The notes beneath the pieces were generated by a model, which was not told the origin of the DNA, searched no databases, and saw only the letters and a list, made by a program, of their open reading frames with translations. Source: Bilabrum cf. latius (lineage: Eukaryota). Taken from it: 64,000 bases of DNA. A program made the translations under genes and the position numbers. Where the stretch lies: positions 744,001-808,000 of the forward strand of contig OZ237761.1 in the NCBI GenBank assembly GCA_965178125.1, in the 5' to 3' direction. Below are positions 24,901-37,576 of the stretch, piece after piece; the first letter of the stretch is position 1, and the number at the start of each line of letters is the position of its first letter.

Positions 24901-27765
24901 AGCACTCCCTGCCGCAGAGCTACTAGCCCTACCTCGCAGCCCACCACCTGGCGCGTGGCTGCCGAACTCGGACCCCGAAGCACCGCGACTCCTGGCGAGA
25001 GGCCCAGACCCCACGAGAATCCCCCGCATCTGCAGCGTGCCAACACCCGCCCCGCCTGCACCCCCATCGGACCGCCCACTAGGCGACGATCCGGAGCCTA
25101 TGGCAGAGAGGACCGCAGCGCTGCCCGCCGCTGCTGACCCGACTGCGACCCTGCCTCTTCCCTGCCCCTCGCCCTCGCCCCCGATCCGCGAGCTGCCGCC
25201 CCCAGACCCCATCGCGCTCGCCCCTGCCACGCTCCCGACTCCCGCCCCCACTCCACTCCCGACGGCTCCGGGCTCGTGGATCCCCCGCAGCTCCCCGTCG
25301 GACTCCTCCGTGCTGTACGCCAGCAGCCGGGCCCCTGTGCCTCCGCCCCCGCCCACGCGACCGGCACCCGCAAATGTGTGGCTCAGCGGAGGCATTGCAG
25401 GTTCCGCATTCCGCGCGGCGCCCCCGATGGGCAGCCGCCTGTCGGAGCCCCCCCTTCCGAGCCCCAGAAGTCCCCGCGGATGGGAGGGCGCGCCGTCTCG
25501 CTGGCCAAGTCCGGGGCGTTCCCCACGGCCAGCAGCGTCCTCCCCGTCGTCTCCTTTCTGCTCCTCATCAATTTGGCTTGTTCTCTGCTCCTGCTGCCTC
25601 GCCCTCGCCCGCACGGCTCCCAGCACAGCTAGCCTGGCAAGAGCCACCGCGCGCTATAGGTCAACCCCCGCCCCCGTCCCCGCCCCCGCCCCCGCTTCAG
25701 TTCGCCCAAGCCCCGCCACTGCCGCCTGAGCCAGCATCCGCTTCATCCCGACGGGGTTGGCAGTGTGTCGCCGGGGACTGCTCGCCGCCTTGGCCGCCGC
25801 CCGCATCGCCTGCACCCTTGCCTGCCTGGCCTCCATGGAGGCTGCCACGGCGGCCGCCTGCGCCGCGGCGGGGCCGTGGGGTAGCGCGAGGATCGCACCC
25901 CCGCTGTCCATGGCCGGCCGCGGGGGCGCGAAACGCCCCCCCCCGGGAAATTCCAGCGAGTCGTCGGGACCTCCAAACCGGAACACGGATGGCCTGACCC
26001 CTGCGCGGGGTCCTGTGCCCCCACCCCCTTGCCCCCCACCGGCCCCTGGGACCCCCTTCGCGGGGGAGAAGGAGGACGCAGCCGACACCCAGCCCGCGTC
26101 TCCAGCGCTCAGCCGCCGAACCATCCGTGAGGAGGAGCCCCCCGGCCACTCGCTCACCGAACGTTCCCTGCTTCCAGGGCCGGAGCTTGACCCATCGCCG
26201 GCACCAATGCCCCCGCCCTGCCGCTCATCACCGTTCTCCTGCTGCCAGTCACCTCCCTCTGTCGCCCCAGAGCCCCTGTCGCTAGCGGATCCCCCAGAGA
26301 GGCTGGGCCGGCCTCGGGCGCTCCCCGCTTCTGCCTCGCTGGACCGACGGCCCCGAAGCACAAGCGGGCCGCTAACTGCACCCCTTCCGCCCACCTCGCT
26401 CGTCACACCGCCCCCGGCCTGCGCCCCAGCGGCCCAGCCGGACCCCTGTGCGCCCGGCCCCGCTCCCACGAGTGCCCGCTGGGAGGACCGGGCGGCCGTG
26501 CGGAGGCCCAGGGCCGCCAGCATCTCGGCGGCGTTCTCGTTGCGGGCGGCCAGCCTGGGCTCCCTCTTCTTGTCACTCGTGAGGTGGCAGCACACGAAGG
26601 TCAGAGAGGAGCGCACGCACAGCCGGCCCGTGATGTCGGGGAACAGCACAGGGAGCGCGATGCTGACCGCGCCCTTGTTGGTGGCGCGGGCTAAGATGAG
26701 CTGCCTGCCCAGCGGGACCGCGGTCCTCACGGTGTTCGCCAGGGAACACATCCCGTCCGCCACCACCCGGGTGTGCACGAGCACCGCCAAGTAGATAAAG
26801 CCATGGAACCCCAGGGTGGTTGTCCCGTTGCCGATGTAGTGGTCCACCATGATGTACTGCTCGCCCACGTATGCCAGCAGAGACCGCCGGACCCCCTCGA
26901 CGTCCAGGCACTCCTGGAGGCCCACAGCATACACGTCCCTGCCCAGCGGCAGCCACCGAGCGAGTCGCTCCGGGGGCATGTCCATCCCACCCTCTCCCAC
27001 GTTCCACGTGGCCGTGAAGACCGTCAGCATCCTGCGCTCCGTGTACCCGTCGCCCGAGCCGTCCCCGTCCCCGTCCCCGCCTCCCGCCTGGCTCGTCGAA
27101 GTGCCGCGCCGGCCCAGCGCGCCGTCGGGGAATCCGGGGCTGTCAGAGCCGTCCTCAATCGTGGCGAGGGAAAACGTGCGATCGAGGCTCCCGCGCGTGA
27201 GCGAGCCTCCAGGGGTACCTGTTCCGCTGCCTGCCGTTGGAGTGCCGGCAGCGGTTGCCGCGCCGAGCTGCTGCGACGCCAGCCGTTGGCGCCGCTCGCT
27301 CTGAGCTTGGCTTACGTTGCTGCTAAGTGCGCTCACCCAAGCCTGCAAATACAACTTGTCTAGATACATTTAAGTAGAAGTGATGATTCACGGATTTTTG
27401 GGCAGCGAACCATGCTTGCATAGAATTTGACTCACGTCTCGGTCGACTTTTGTCGCACAGGCAAGCACATAAGTGCGTCCACCTAATGCCGCTCCAACCT
27501 TGAGACCAAATGTATAAGGTCTTGAATCGCTGCTGACATCAGAGACTACTTGGGACCCTGCTAGAGGCACGGTTGCCTTCGGCCTAGAATCTCCTGCATC
27601 CCCGTAGTACGATAGAAGCTAGTTCCTCAGCACGAAGAATCGTCGCTTCCAGCTTCTGTTGTAATATCCTTGTTTTTCCATGTGGCCTTCACGGGCGACA
27701 TAGCGCGGCACAGCGCGAGCAGCAGACGCATCCGTTGCAGATGAGGACGCTCGGCTTGTTCGCAT
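18934..27765 (-). CDS. PH-domain inositol polyphosphate 5-phosphatase, ~2900 aa, one intron (27343-27435)
   Basis: PH domain VAREGHMEKQGYYNRSWKRRFFVLRN*LLSYY...RTYVLACATKVDRD/AWVSAL. The 5-phosphatase motifs TWNV, GLQEC, NKGAV, FVCCHL, RNEN, GDLNYR, DEL, FPPSY, PSYTDRVL and SDHTPV are all in one frame. 12 in-frame TAGs. Ends TGA. Confidence 0.9.
27343..27435 (-). other. Spliceosomal intron in the PH domain of the 5-phosphatase
   Basis: GTGAGT...TTGCAG, 93 nt, contains in-frame TGA/TAA; removal restores the PH C-terminal helix DRDAWVSAL. Confidence 0.9.
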
Positions 27766-28258
27766 CGTATCAAGCCGAATTCGGGACCCTCAATCTGGTT
27801 TGATAGGCAGTGATTGAAGCAAGTTATCGTATCGATTTGTTCAGGGCATCGATGCACTCCTTCTGTCTAACAAGGTGCCGGCAGTTTCGGGCCAGCCTGT
27901 TGACTTGCTCGTAGGGCTCATCACATAATGCCGGCTGCCAGTGGGATGCATGCAGCCACTTGAAGCGGACAATGCACGCATGAGTGGAGATAGTTGTGGG
28001 AAGAAGCCTTGGTTGACACAATCACATATTAACAGACGAGCTGGTCGCCCACTATCCAATCGAGATCTCGCCTCGTGGGATAGCCCTACCGGCGTCCACC
28101 CCCTGATCCTTCATCCACTCCTCCCAGCAATAGACTACACAAACCTGGCTAGCAACAAAACAGAGCGTTGTCATCTCGCTCCAAGGAGCATGCACCCGTG
28201 TCCTACGCGGCAGAAGACAGGGCAAGCTCACCTGATCCCAGTGGCAGTCCTCTCCCCA

Positions 28259-29958
28259 TCACCACCCCCTTGCCCCTCTCAGCTAGAGCCCCTCCCACCC
28301 CTGCTCCTGCACCCTGCCTCCACGCAGCTGCACTGGCAGGCCGGCCCCGTGGGCAGGCCCCTCGCCCTTGGACACCAGACCACCGTCGGGGTTCCAGGTG
28401 AAATCAGAGGCCAGCTGCACAAAGCCCTGGTTAAAGCCGGCGTACGTGTCAGTCAGCGCCAGCCCGTCGGCACGCGGGAGCGGCAGCCCGGCGTTGAAGA
28501 GGATGTTCACTGCTGGGAGCACCACATCGGGCAGCAGGAAGTCCACCAATGACTCGAGCAGGTGGTCCGTCACGGGCCCCACGTTGGATGACACCACGTG
28601 CACGGGGCACTCCAGGTAGCTGAGGTTGCCCCTGAGCGTCTGGTTGTAGCCCTGCTGCTGGATGTCGATCGACAGCGCAGTGCTCATGTTGCAGCCGAGC
28701 GTGAACACGGGCACGTGCTCCCAGGCCCCTCCCGAGCGACCCGCCGTGTCCTCCACGGCGAACACCAGCTCAATGGGGGCCTTGAACTGCGCCGGCGAGC
28801 TCGAGAAGTCCGCGGACACCTTGGAGGCAAGAGTCACGTTCACGTCCACCCACATGCCCGGGTACTTGACGAGCAGCTCGGGGGCGGCTGCCGCCAGGTC
28901 CGTGGTGTTGAGCGCGACGGGGAAGCTGGCAGGCACCACGTCGTGGTTCACGGGGAGCTTGAGCAGCCCGGCGCGCTGGAAAACCCACGCGGCTGTCTCC
29001 AACGTGTACCCCGACAGAAAGCCCGCCAGGTAGTGGGTGGAGCTCAGGTTGCTCGTCTGCGGGATGGGCGGAGGCACGAACGGCTGCTGGGCCCCGGGCT
29101 CCCGGATGTCGTAGACGTCCCCCTGCAGGTCAAAGGCGGCAAAGTCCTTCCCGAACGTGGGCGTCTTGGTGAGGCCGAATCGCACCGCGGCGATGTCGTA
29201 CGGGGGGTTGAGCGGCAGCGGGAGGTCGAGCTGCACGTTCTGCAGCATGCCGTTGAGGTCATCGTTGACGAAAGACTGCACGACCGGACCGATCTTGTCT
29301 TCGATCTTGTCCTTGATGGTGCCTTCGAACAGACCTGCGGGAGCAGATGAACGGCTCAAGATTCGATGCTAGCGTGGCACATGATGCGTGCTGGAATCAG
29401 GGAGGGGGGCGTGATTGGCTCACCGAGGAAGAAATTGACAAGCCAGCTCCAGAAAGAACCGTGCAACTCAATCTTGAGCTTGCCCAAGGCTACGGACACC
29501 TGGGGCGAGGAAATAGTCGGGTTGCCAGTCGTGGCATTTCGCCCCACCTCGAGGGTGATAGAAGCCGACCCGGCTTCTGCTTTCACTTCGCATGTACCGT
29601 CTACCTTTGGGTGTGGCCAGACGTCTTCCCGTGCCTCGCACGATGCCTGGCAGTCAATATACAAGCCCGAAATAGACCCCTTCATGCCTTCATTTGGAAC
29701 AATATCAAAATCAAGGGCTCCAACCTGCAGGCCGGAGCATGTCACCGTGCCAATCGTTACTTTGACTGAGTCGTGATCCGTCTCCATTCCTGATACCGTG
29801 AAGTCTGAAAACTTCTCAATCAACAGTTTCTTTGCTTGCCCTGCCATGTACGTGAGTCCCTCTTGGCTGAGCGTTGCACGGACCCCAGCATCTTGTGCGT
29901 AAATGGAAACGATATTTGAGGCAGCCAAAGCTGCAGCAAACGAGCATAAAAGCTTCAT
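28259..29958 (-). CDS. LBP/BPI/CETP-family secreted lipid-binding protein, ~536 aa, one intron (29335-29423)
   Basis: Signal peptide followed by AGVRATLSQEGLTYM; KIELHGSFWSWLVNFFLG/LFEGTIKDKIE; second BPI domain ending VLPAVNILFNAGLPLP...GFVQLASDF. TAG at 28283, then TGA 28259-28261. Confidence 0.85.
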
Positions 29959-30093
29959 GATGCCGCCAATAGGTGAAAGAATGTGAACTTGCTCGTAATC
30001 AAGATTTTTGAGGTTTTATTGTAACGTAAACAATTGCAGGAGTTGCTGTTCCTTTTCAGGAGCTCAATAATACAGGTTAATCAGAGCCGAAGT
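29959..30093. promoter_or_regulatory. Putative bidirectional promoter (BPI / nucleolin)
   Basis: 135 bp AT-rich gap between divergent ATGs. Confidence 0.5.
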
Positions 30094-31834
30094 ATGCCCG
30101 TGCTTAAGGTATGTTACTCAAATATGTATAAATGACATATCCGGAGCTTGAAATTTCACTGGATGCTCTCATTGAACGCTGTACACCCGCGCTTGCACTT
30201 GCGACACACTGATCGACTACACATTCCCATTGCAGCGAGAGGAAGAGCTGGGAATTGATGTTGAGTCCAACGTAGAGGAGGAGGTAGTGATGAACGACAG
30301 CGGGTCTTCTAGCGATGATGTGAGAGTCGCAGACATATGCAAATCAAGCAAGAACTACATCAAGGGTGTTCCCCCTCTGTGCGCATAGCTTTGCAGTTCG
30401 GTAGCTTGCGCCCCGCGCCTGCGATCATGTATTTGTATCGTACAATTAAAGCATTTGACAAATTGAGCTTGCCAATGATTACCCAGCTACATTCTGCATA
30501 GTCACTTCTCGCAGTCTTCCGATTCCGACAGCAGCAGCGACTCCGATAGCTCCGACAGCAGCAGCGACTCGGACTCGGATTCTGATTCAGATGAGGAGGA
30601 GGAGAAGTCGGCTGACAAGAGCGCGGCCGCGTCCTCTTCTTCTTCCTCGGCCGCCGCCGCCAAGGAGGAGGAGAAGGCCGGCTCCGATTCGGACTCTGGC
30701 AGCAGCAGCGATTCTTCCTCTGGTAGCAGCAGCGATTCCGATTCGGATTCCGACTCGGACTCTGACGAGAAGAAGGAGGAGGAGACCAAGGCGGAGGAAA
30801 AGAAGGACGAGGGCGACGATCTGGAGCGACCTGTGTTCGAGTACCTGCAGGCACGCAAGCTGGCCGACGCGGCCGGTGCCATGCTCAAGGACCTGGGCAA
30901 GAGCTCCGCTGACGAGCTCAAGGGGGACGCGAGCGTGAAGCTGGCCGACCTCGTGGCCGCGGGCGGCGCCTCCTCGAACGGATTCGCCGGCTCCAAGCGG
31001 GCCAGGGAGGACCCGGGGGCTGCCTTCGGCGCCTCCAAGCGGGCGAGGACCGACGCGGGTGCCTCCGCTGGGGGCGACGGTGAGGCCGCCAACATGGTGC
31101 ACGCGCGCGGTTTCCCGTACGAGATGACCGATGATGACATCAAGGAGTGGTTCGCCAGCTCCGGCAAGGTGGTCTCCATCGAGGTGCCCAAGTTCCAGGA
31201 CAGCGGCAGGGGCATGGGCATGGCCACCGTCGAGTTCGCGTCGGCCGCCGAGGCAGCCAAGGCCATGGAGCGGTCCGGGGAGCAGTGCGGCCAGCGGTGG
31301 GTGGACGTGCGGCCCCACACGCCCCGCCGCCCCTCGCGCGGCGGCGGCGACGCGGAGCCCTCGGACACTGTGTTCGTGGGTAACCTTCCTTTCGCCATCG
31401 AGGAGGACCAGCTGAGGGACTTTTTCTCGTCCTGCGGCGAGATCGCAAGCGTGCGTTTCGGCACGGACAGGGAGACGGGAGAGTTCCGCGGGTTCGGGCA
31501 CGTGCAGTTCGCCGACGTGGACGCGGCCTCCAAGGCGGCTGAGATGGCGGGCGAGCAGATCCTGGGGCGCGCGCTGCGCATCAACTTTGCTTCCAGCTCG
31601 CGCGGCGGTGGCGGCGGCGGTGGCCGGGGTGGTGGCCGCGGCGGTGGCCGTGGTGGCTTTGGTGGGCGCGGCGGCGGCCGGGGCGGGGGCCGGGGCGGAT
31701 TCGGTGGCCGCGGCGGCGGTCGCGGCGGCGGGTTTGGTGGCGGTCGGGGTGGCGGGTTCGGCGGCGGCGGCGGCCGCGGTGGCTTCTCTAGCCCTCCCAA
31801 GCCCGAGTACAGCGGCTCTCGCATGACCTTCTAA
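30094..31834 (+). CDS. NSR1: Nucleolin/Nsr1/Gar2-like protein, ~472 aa, 3 exons (30094-30108, 30236-30319, 30515-31834)
   Basis: Acidic/Ser-rich N-terminus, two RRMs (RGMGMATVEF; TVFVGNL...RGFGHVQF), RGG/GAR tail and the C-terminal YSGSRMTF typical of Nsr1. GT-AG introns at 30109-30235 and 30320-30514. No TAG. Ends TAA. Confidence 0.9.
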
Positions 31835-31998
31835 GTGTGATAGGGTCTTGTTATGTTTGCCTTCCGAACTCTATTGGATGCAATCAAAGATATGTGCGCG
31901 CGGGAATCAGCATCTCGGCTGGCTCAAACACTTCCGGCTTGCGGACACTTGCTCCCGTTGGCGAGCCAAGTACTCTGCTAGCTGCTCTTGCGCCTGCA

Positions 31999-34900
31999 AT
32001 GTCAGCAGGATCGTCACCGAGTGTCCATGTTGTGAGGGTCAAGAAAAAGGACCCATTGTCGAACGACGATACCCCAAAGGTAAGATTTGCCACAGGAAAA
32101 ACACGAACGCCGACCGTTTCGAGCATGGCGCAGGCATCGCCTAGTTTGTTAGTGGCTCTATCCATCGGTTGCAGCTCCAGCTTGAGGAAGTGAATGGATT
32201 GACTTCATTTTCCGGTGCGGCACTGGCTATCAATCCAGCGACAGGATGGGTGGCGTACGCTGCTGGGTGCGTGCTCGTAACATACGATCCCAGGGCCAAT
32301 GCCCAGACTCGCCTGTATCGAGCAGGGGGCAGAATCACCAGCATTGATTTCTCGAGTGATGGCAACCTTGCGGCAATCGGCATCGAGACGGGCTCGGCCG
32401 CCGACCAGAATGCAGCCGGGGGGTGTGTCGAGGTGTGGTGCCTGTCTCAAGACACCCGCATCGCGACCGTTGCAGAGTCGACATCTGTAATCACCACCAT
32501 ATCTTTTGTTCCTATTTATATAGAAGCCAAGTCAGCCCTTGCATATGCAGTTGCAGCCGTAGCCAAAGACGGCGCCCTGCAGGTGTGGACCGTCGTCCGA
32601 CCTGCATCCCCGGCGGGCGGGACCCATTCAATACCAATCGCGCTGCCCGGTGGAGACGCTTCAACCTGTCTAGCGGCCCGCTCTGTGGTGAATGAGAGCC
32701 CTAAGAAGAAGGGCTCCATGCGACGCATCACGCGAGTGGCGGCGTCCTCGGATGGGGCAAGGCTCGTCGTGGCAGGGGAGGGAGGCATGGCCATCGTGGA
32801 GGGGGCGGGGGCTGCTGCAAAGCGAGCAGCGGACTCGCTCGCGTCTGTCGTCTCATCGACGCCCTCTGCTGGTGCTGACACCTCCGCCCCTGCCTCTGTC
32901 CCCAGCACTCTTGCAGTGAGCCAGGTCGCCATGCTGGACCGATTCCGGAAGGGAACCTTCACTGATGTGGAATGCGGAACCGGCGCCGCGCGTGGCTTTG
33001 CGTTCGCGTCCTCCACGACGGGCGAGGTGGCTCAGATCGACCTAGCCACGTCTCTGCTGGAGGCGTGGGCGGACGGGCGGGCGGGCGAACTGTGCGGCGT
33101 GTCTGTGTGCGAGGACGCTGTGGTGGCGGGGGGCCAAGGAGGCATCGTCCGCGTGTTCGACCCATCCAGCCTGGCATACATGGGCACGCTGCCCACGCCC
33201 CCGGCGCTGGGCATGACCAACCTGCCAGCAAGCGACACGGAGGCTGCCGCGCGGGCGGTGGCGGCGGCGAGGGCCTCGCTGGGCACGGGGGAACAAGGGG
33301 CCGGGGCTAAGGGTGGGAGCGGAAATGGGGGCCATGCGCTGCTGTTCCCTGCCGCCTTGGCAGTGAGGATGGCCCGGAGCGCGGAGGGGGGTTACCCTGG
33401 TCCTGCCCGCCGGCCTTGGCGCCGACTGGCGGTAGTGTACGGGGACCGGGGCCTATTCGTGTGGGGCGTGCCGCTGAGGGCGAGGAAGAGACAGAAAAAA
33501 GAGGCGGGGACGGGGGCTGGAGGAGTTGTGGATGAGAAGAAAAAGCAACCCGTGCCCAGGATCCCCCCACCCATGGAGCGGTTCGCCTTCAAGCGAGCCT
33601 TCCTGGTCCGGTCGAGGCTGGCGCATGCGGGGCCTATCTGGGCCTGTGCCGTTGTGGGCGCCCCTGCAGATGCGGCTGCTAGCGCGTGGGCTGCTCTGGA
33701 GGACGGCGGGGCCATCGGGGTGCCCCAGGGATCAAGTCAGCGGCGCGGGGACAAGTATATGCTGAGTGACGAGGACGAGGGCGGTGCTCCGAGCGGTGGC
33801 AGGAGCAGGGGCAGGGGCAGGGGCTGGGCTCTGCCGCTGGACACCATCGCGACAGCGGGAGAGGATGCCACCGTGAGGTTCTGGAAGTTCGGGGGCGGGG
33901 GCGGAGGCGGGGTCGATGAGGCAGCCGAGGGGGAGGAGCAGGAGGGCACAGGAGGCGGGCGGCACGGGAGCCAGCGCGCCGCGGCAGGCAGCTGCCTGTT
34001 CCACAAGGGCCTGCTCTGGACTCTGCACGCCGAGGATGACGACAGCGGCGCGAGCCCTGCCCATGGGGAGGCCGGCGAGGGCCCGCAGGTGGTGGCTCCC
34101 AGGCCGCTGGGCAAGGATTCGAGGTATGCGCAGGCAGTGGCGATGGGCCCTGTGAAGGACAGTGCTGCTCACGGCTCGCGCAAAGTCCCTGGGGGTATCC
34201 GTTCACTTGCCCTGCGCGCTGTTCGTGGCGGGGAACAGGCTCAGGAAGCAGGAGACAGCGACGCGGGGTCGGGTAGCGGGGCCGTGGAGGTGGACGTGGC
34301 CACTGGGCACCGGAGCGGGCATGTCCAGGTGTGGGACGCCCGGTGGATGCGGCGCAGGGCGCGGCTACACGCCTACGAGGAGGACGTGCTGTCGCTGGCC
34401 TACTCGCCCGCCACGGGCGCTGCTCTCGCTACGGGCGGCAAGGACGGCATGATCCACCTGCTGGACTGCAGGGAGGGCAAGGGCAAGGGCATCGCCAGGG
34501 CTACCACGGTGCCGGCGCATGCTGCCGCCGTGACAGGCCTGGCTTTCACACGAGACGACGCGAAGCTGCTTTCCTGCGGTGCGGACGCCTCGCTTGTGGT
34601 GAGCAGGCTCCGTTGCGGGGAGGCCTCTCCGGTGGATGACGCCATGCGATTGGCTGGCGCACAGGAGGCGGGTAGGTCGCTTCCCTCCACCTGCCAGGGA
34701 GAGGCGGCCGAGAGGGTCAGAGCCGCAGTGCGAGGAGCAGCGCTGGCCGGGGGGCCGCTGGCTGCCGAGGCGGCCCGCAGCGGCCGCGCACCCTTCGGCA
34801 CACTGCACGCGCTGGACATCGACGCGACAAACCGCAACGCCGTGACTGCCGGAGAAGACGCCAGGCTGCGTGTGTGGCGGGTGAAGGACGCAGCCTTTCA

Positions 34901-37534
34901 GCGCGCCATGCGGCCGGACGGAGGGGAGGACGCGGCCGTGGCCAAGGAGCCAATGACGAGGGTTGCGCTGGATCCCTCGGGCCTCTTCGTGGCGGTGGCC
35001 TCCATGGACAAAGTGGTGCGTCTCTTCGACTTCCACTCCGAGCAGTGCCTGGCCCGTGTGAGCGCGCATGCAGACCAGGTGACTTCTCTGGCCTTCACGC
35101 ACGACTGCAGGCGGCTCGTGAGCACGGATGCGGCGGGGTGCTTTATGGTGTGGAGGCTGTCTGCGCCCTTGCGTGAGATGATGGCTGCTCGGCGCAAAGA
35201 GGTCGAGGAGGCGCGCGGGCAAGCGATGCTCCGGCGGGCGCAGACCATGGTGGCCCCTCTGCTGCAGGTGAGGGCGGCCACCATCTTGAGAGAGATCATG
35301 GGGGGCTCGAGCTCGGGCTCGGGCTCGGGCCCGGGCGGTGCGGGGCCCAAGGAGGTGCCTGTGTCCGCTCAGGGGGTGGACAAGGGGGCCGCCGGTAATA
35401 CACGTGGATCTGCGTTGGGCGCGACCGGGAGCGGCGGGGACCCCCGGGGAGGCGCTGCGCCGGAGCCCATCTCGGCTGAGCCTCCAGCGGCTTCCTGGAG
35501 GGGGGGACCCCCGCCCGCTGTGCAGACAGCGAAATCGCCCGTGCCGGAGGTAGACGATGAGGAGGTGGTAGAGGAGGAGGAGGAGGAGGATGCCCCCGCT
35601 GCGTCCCCCTCTCAGGTCACTGGGCTGCGGTCCTCTCTCGCACCGGCGTGGGCCCAGTCGCCTGCCAGGGGCAAGAGCCAGGGGCAGGGGTTTAGGCTGA
35701 AGACGGCAGACCCGCCCGCCGTACCTGGGAGGGGGGCAGCCACGACCAGGGGGGCAAAGGCACCTGTCGCTGCCGAGTGGCGCGGTCCAGAGCCCGGCGA
35801 GGTGATGGTCCCGCCTGGAGCCCGAGCCGAGGGCGGTGCAGGCGACTGCCCAGAAGGTGTTGGGGTGGAATCCGACGGAGGGGGGGGTGGGGGTGGGGGT
35901 GGGATCGCGCAGTGGGGGCTGAGGGCCAGCGTGCGGGGCAGCTCTGCCTGGGCCCCTGGTGCGCTGCAGCAGTACTCCATCGCTGGCCTGGACGATGGCC
36001 CGCCAGCGGGTGGTGCCACTGAGCCCTAGGACAGGACGGCACCTGGCCACCGGAGCGGTCCTCCGTCCACACCGCAGCGGCCCGGGCAGGCTCTTGACCT
36101 GGAGGACCAGGAGCAGGATGCCCTGGGCAAGACCGCGGCTCTCCTGTTCCCCGCCCCTGATGCCGAGGCAGCTGGGAGCGATGAGGACGAAGAGGAAGAT
36201 GAAGAAGACGAAGAGGTGAAGACGGCGACATCTGCACCCGAGAGTGGACTTGCTGCTGCCGCTGATGGTGATGCCGACGAATACGCAGATGACGAGTTTG
36301 AGGCAGACGAAGACGAGGCGGGGAAGAAGAGCCGGGGCCAGGAGGACAGTGATGGTACTGAGAAGCAGCACCAGCCCGCCGGGCCTCCATCGCGACCCAC
36401 GTCAGCGCGTCGGCAGAGGGGGGTGGAGGCGGCTCAGAGGCTGGCACCGCGGCCGACGCCTCCCAAGGGCTTCGCAGTCGCCAGGCGGCCAGAGAGCGCA
36501 GCTGGCGGTGAGGGCGGCGGTGGAGCTGCGGATGGGAAAGGGCGGGGTGCCTCGCTGGGCACCTCTGGGCTGTCGCTGTCTGTATCCCAGGAAGGCAGCA
36601 CGACTGCAGAGCAAGAACCGGGCGATAAGGGCCCTGCCGATGATGCCGAGGACGAGGAGGAGGTCGACGCCGAGAGTGCCGGCGGGGTCCGCGAGTCGCT
36701 GGCTGAGCTTGAGTTCAAGGCGCTGTCCTTTGTGGGGCAGCAGGCGGGGCACGCTGCCGCATACACCGCCTCCGCGGCCAAGCCGCCGGTGCCCCCCGGG
36801 AAGGACTCGAACGATCACACCACCGAGGAATCAGGAACAGCTGGTGCTGGTGCTGGTGCTGGTAGTGATGACGACGATGGTGACGGCGTGGACCTGAATG
36901 CCTCTTTCTCCAGCCAGTTCATACGGGACGGAGGCTTGCAGCGCGCGAGGCAGGCCAAGCCAGCACCCGGTTCACCGAGGAGGCCAGCTGCTCGCGGCCG
37001 GGCTTCCAGCACCGACAAGAGTGACGGGGGTGATGCTGCTCAGAGTGCCGGTGAAAAGGCCCCCGGCAACGCCACCATGGCCAGAGATGCCATCAGCGCG
37101 ATGCGAGCCAAGCTTGCGGGCTTGCACATCTTGCCAGGAAACAGCGGCGAGGACGCGGCAAGCTCACACAGTGATGGGATCAGCCCCGCAAGCCTGAATG
37201 CGCGGGCAGCAGCCGATGCCCGTGCCAAAGCCAGGCTGCAGAGGCGGATCGACGCAGCCAATGCGAGTGCAGGCGCGAGTGCGGGTGTAGACACCAGCGG
37301 GGAAGGTGGTAGCTCTACTGCATCAATGGGTGCAGAGCGCATCAAGGAGGGGCTTCAGGCGCAGCTGGAGGCATCTGGTCTGCTTGAAAACGCTAATCCA
37401 GAAGGAGAGGCGAGCGATGCGTAGGCAGGCGAGCCGGCTGCAGCCGTGGATCTGCGTGCGTCCATTCGCCTCGCAGAAGCTGCCCAGGAGGAAGTGCGCG
37501 CTGCGGCTGCCAGGCTGCAAGCACAGACCCTATC

Positions 37535-37576
<42 letters not shown>

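Noticed and set aside
27766-28258. Possible suppressor tRNA or other ncRNA in the largest intergenic gap
   Set aside because: No cloverleaf, T-loop GTTCRA or snoRNA boxes were recognised; the decoding tRNA is presumably elsewhere.
30109-30514. Intronic snoRNAs in the nucleolin gene
   Set aside because: No convincing C box (RTGATGA) with D box, and no H/ACA structure, could be seen by eye.
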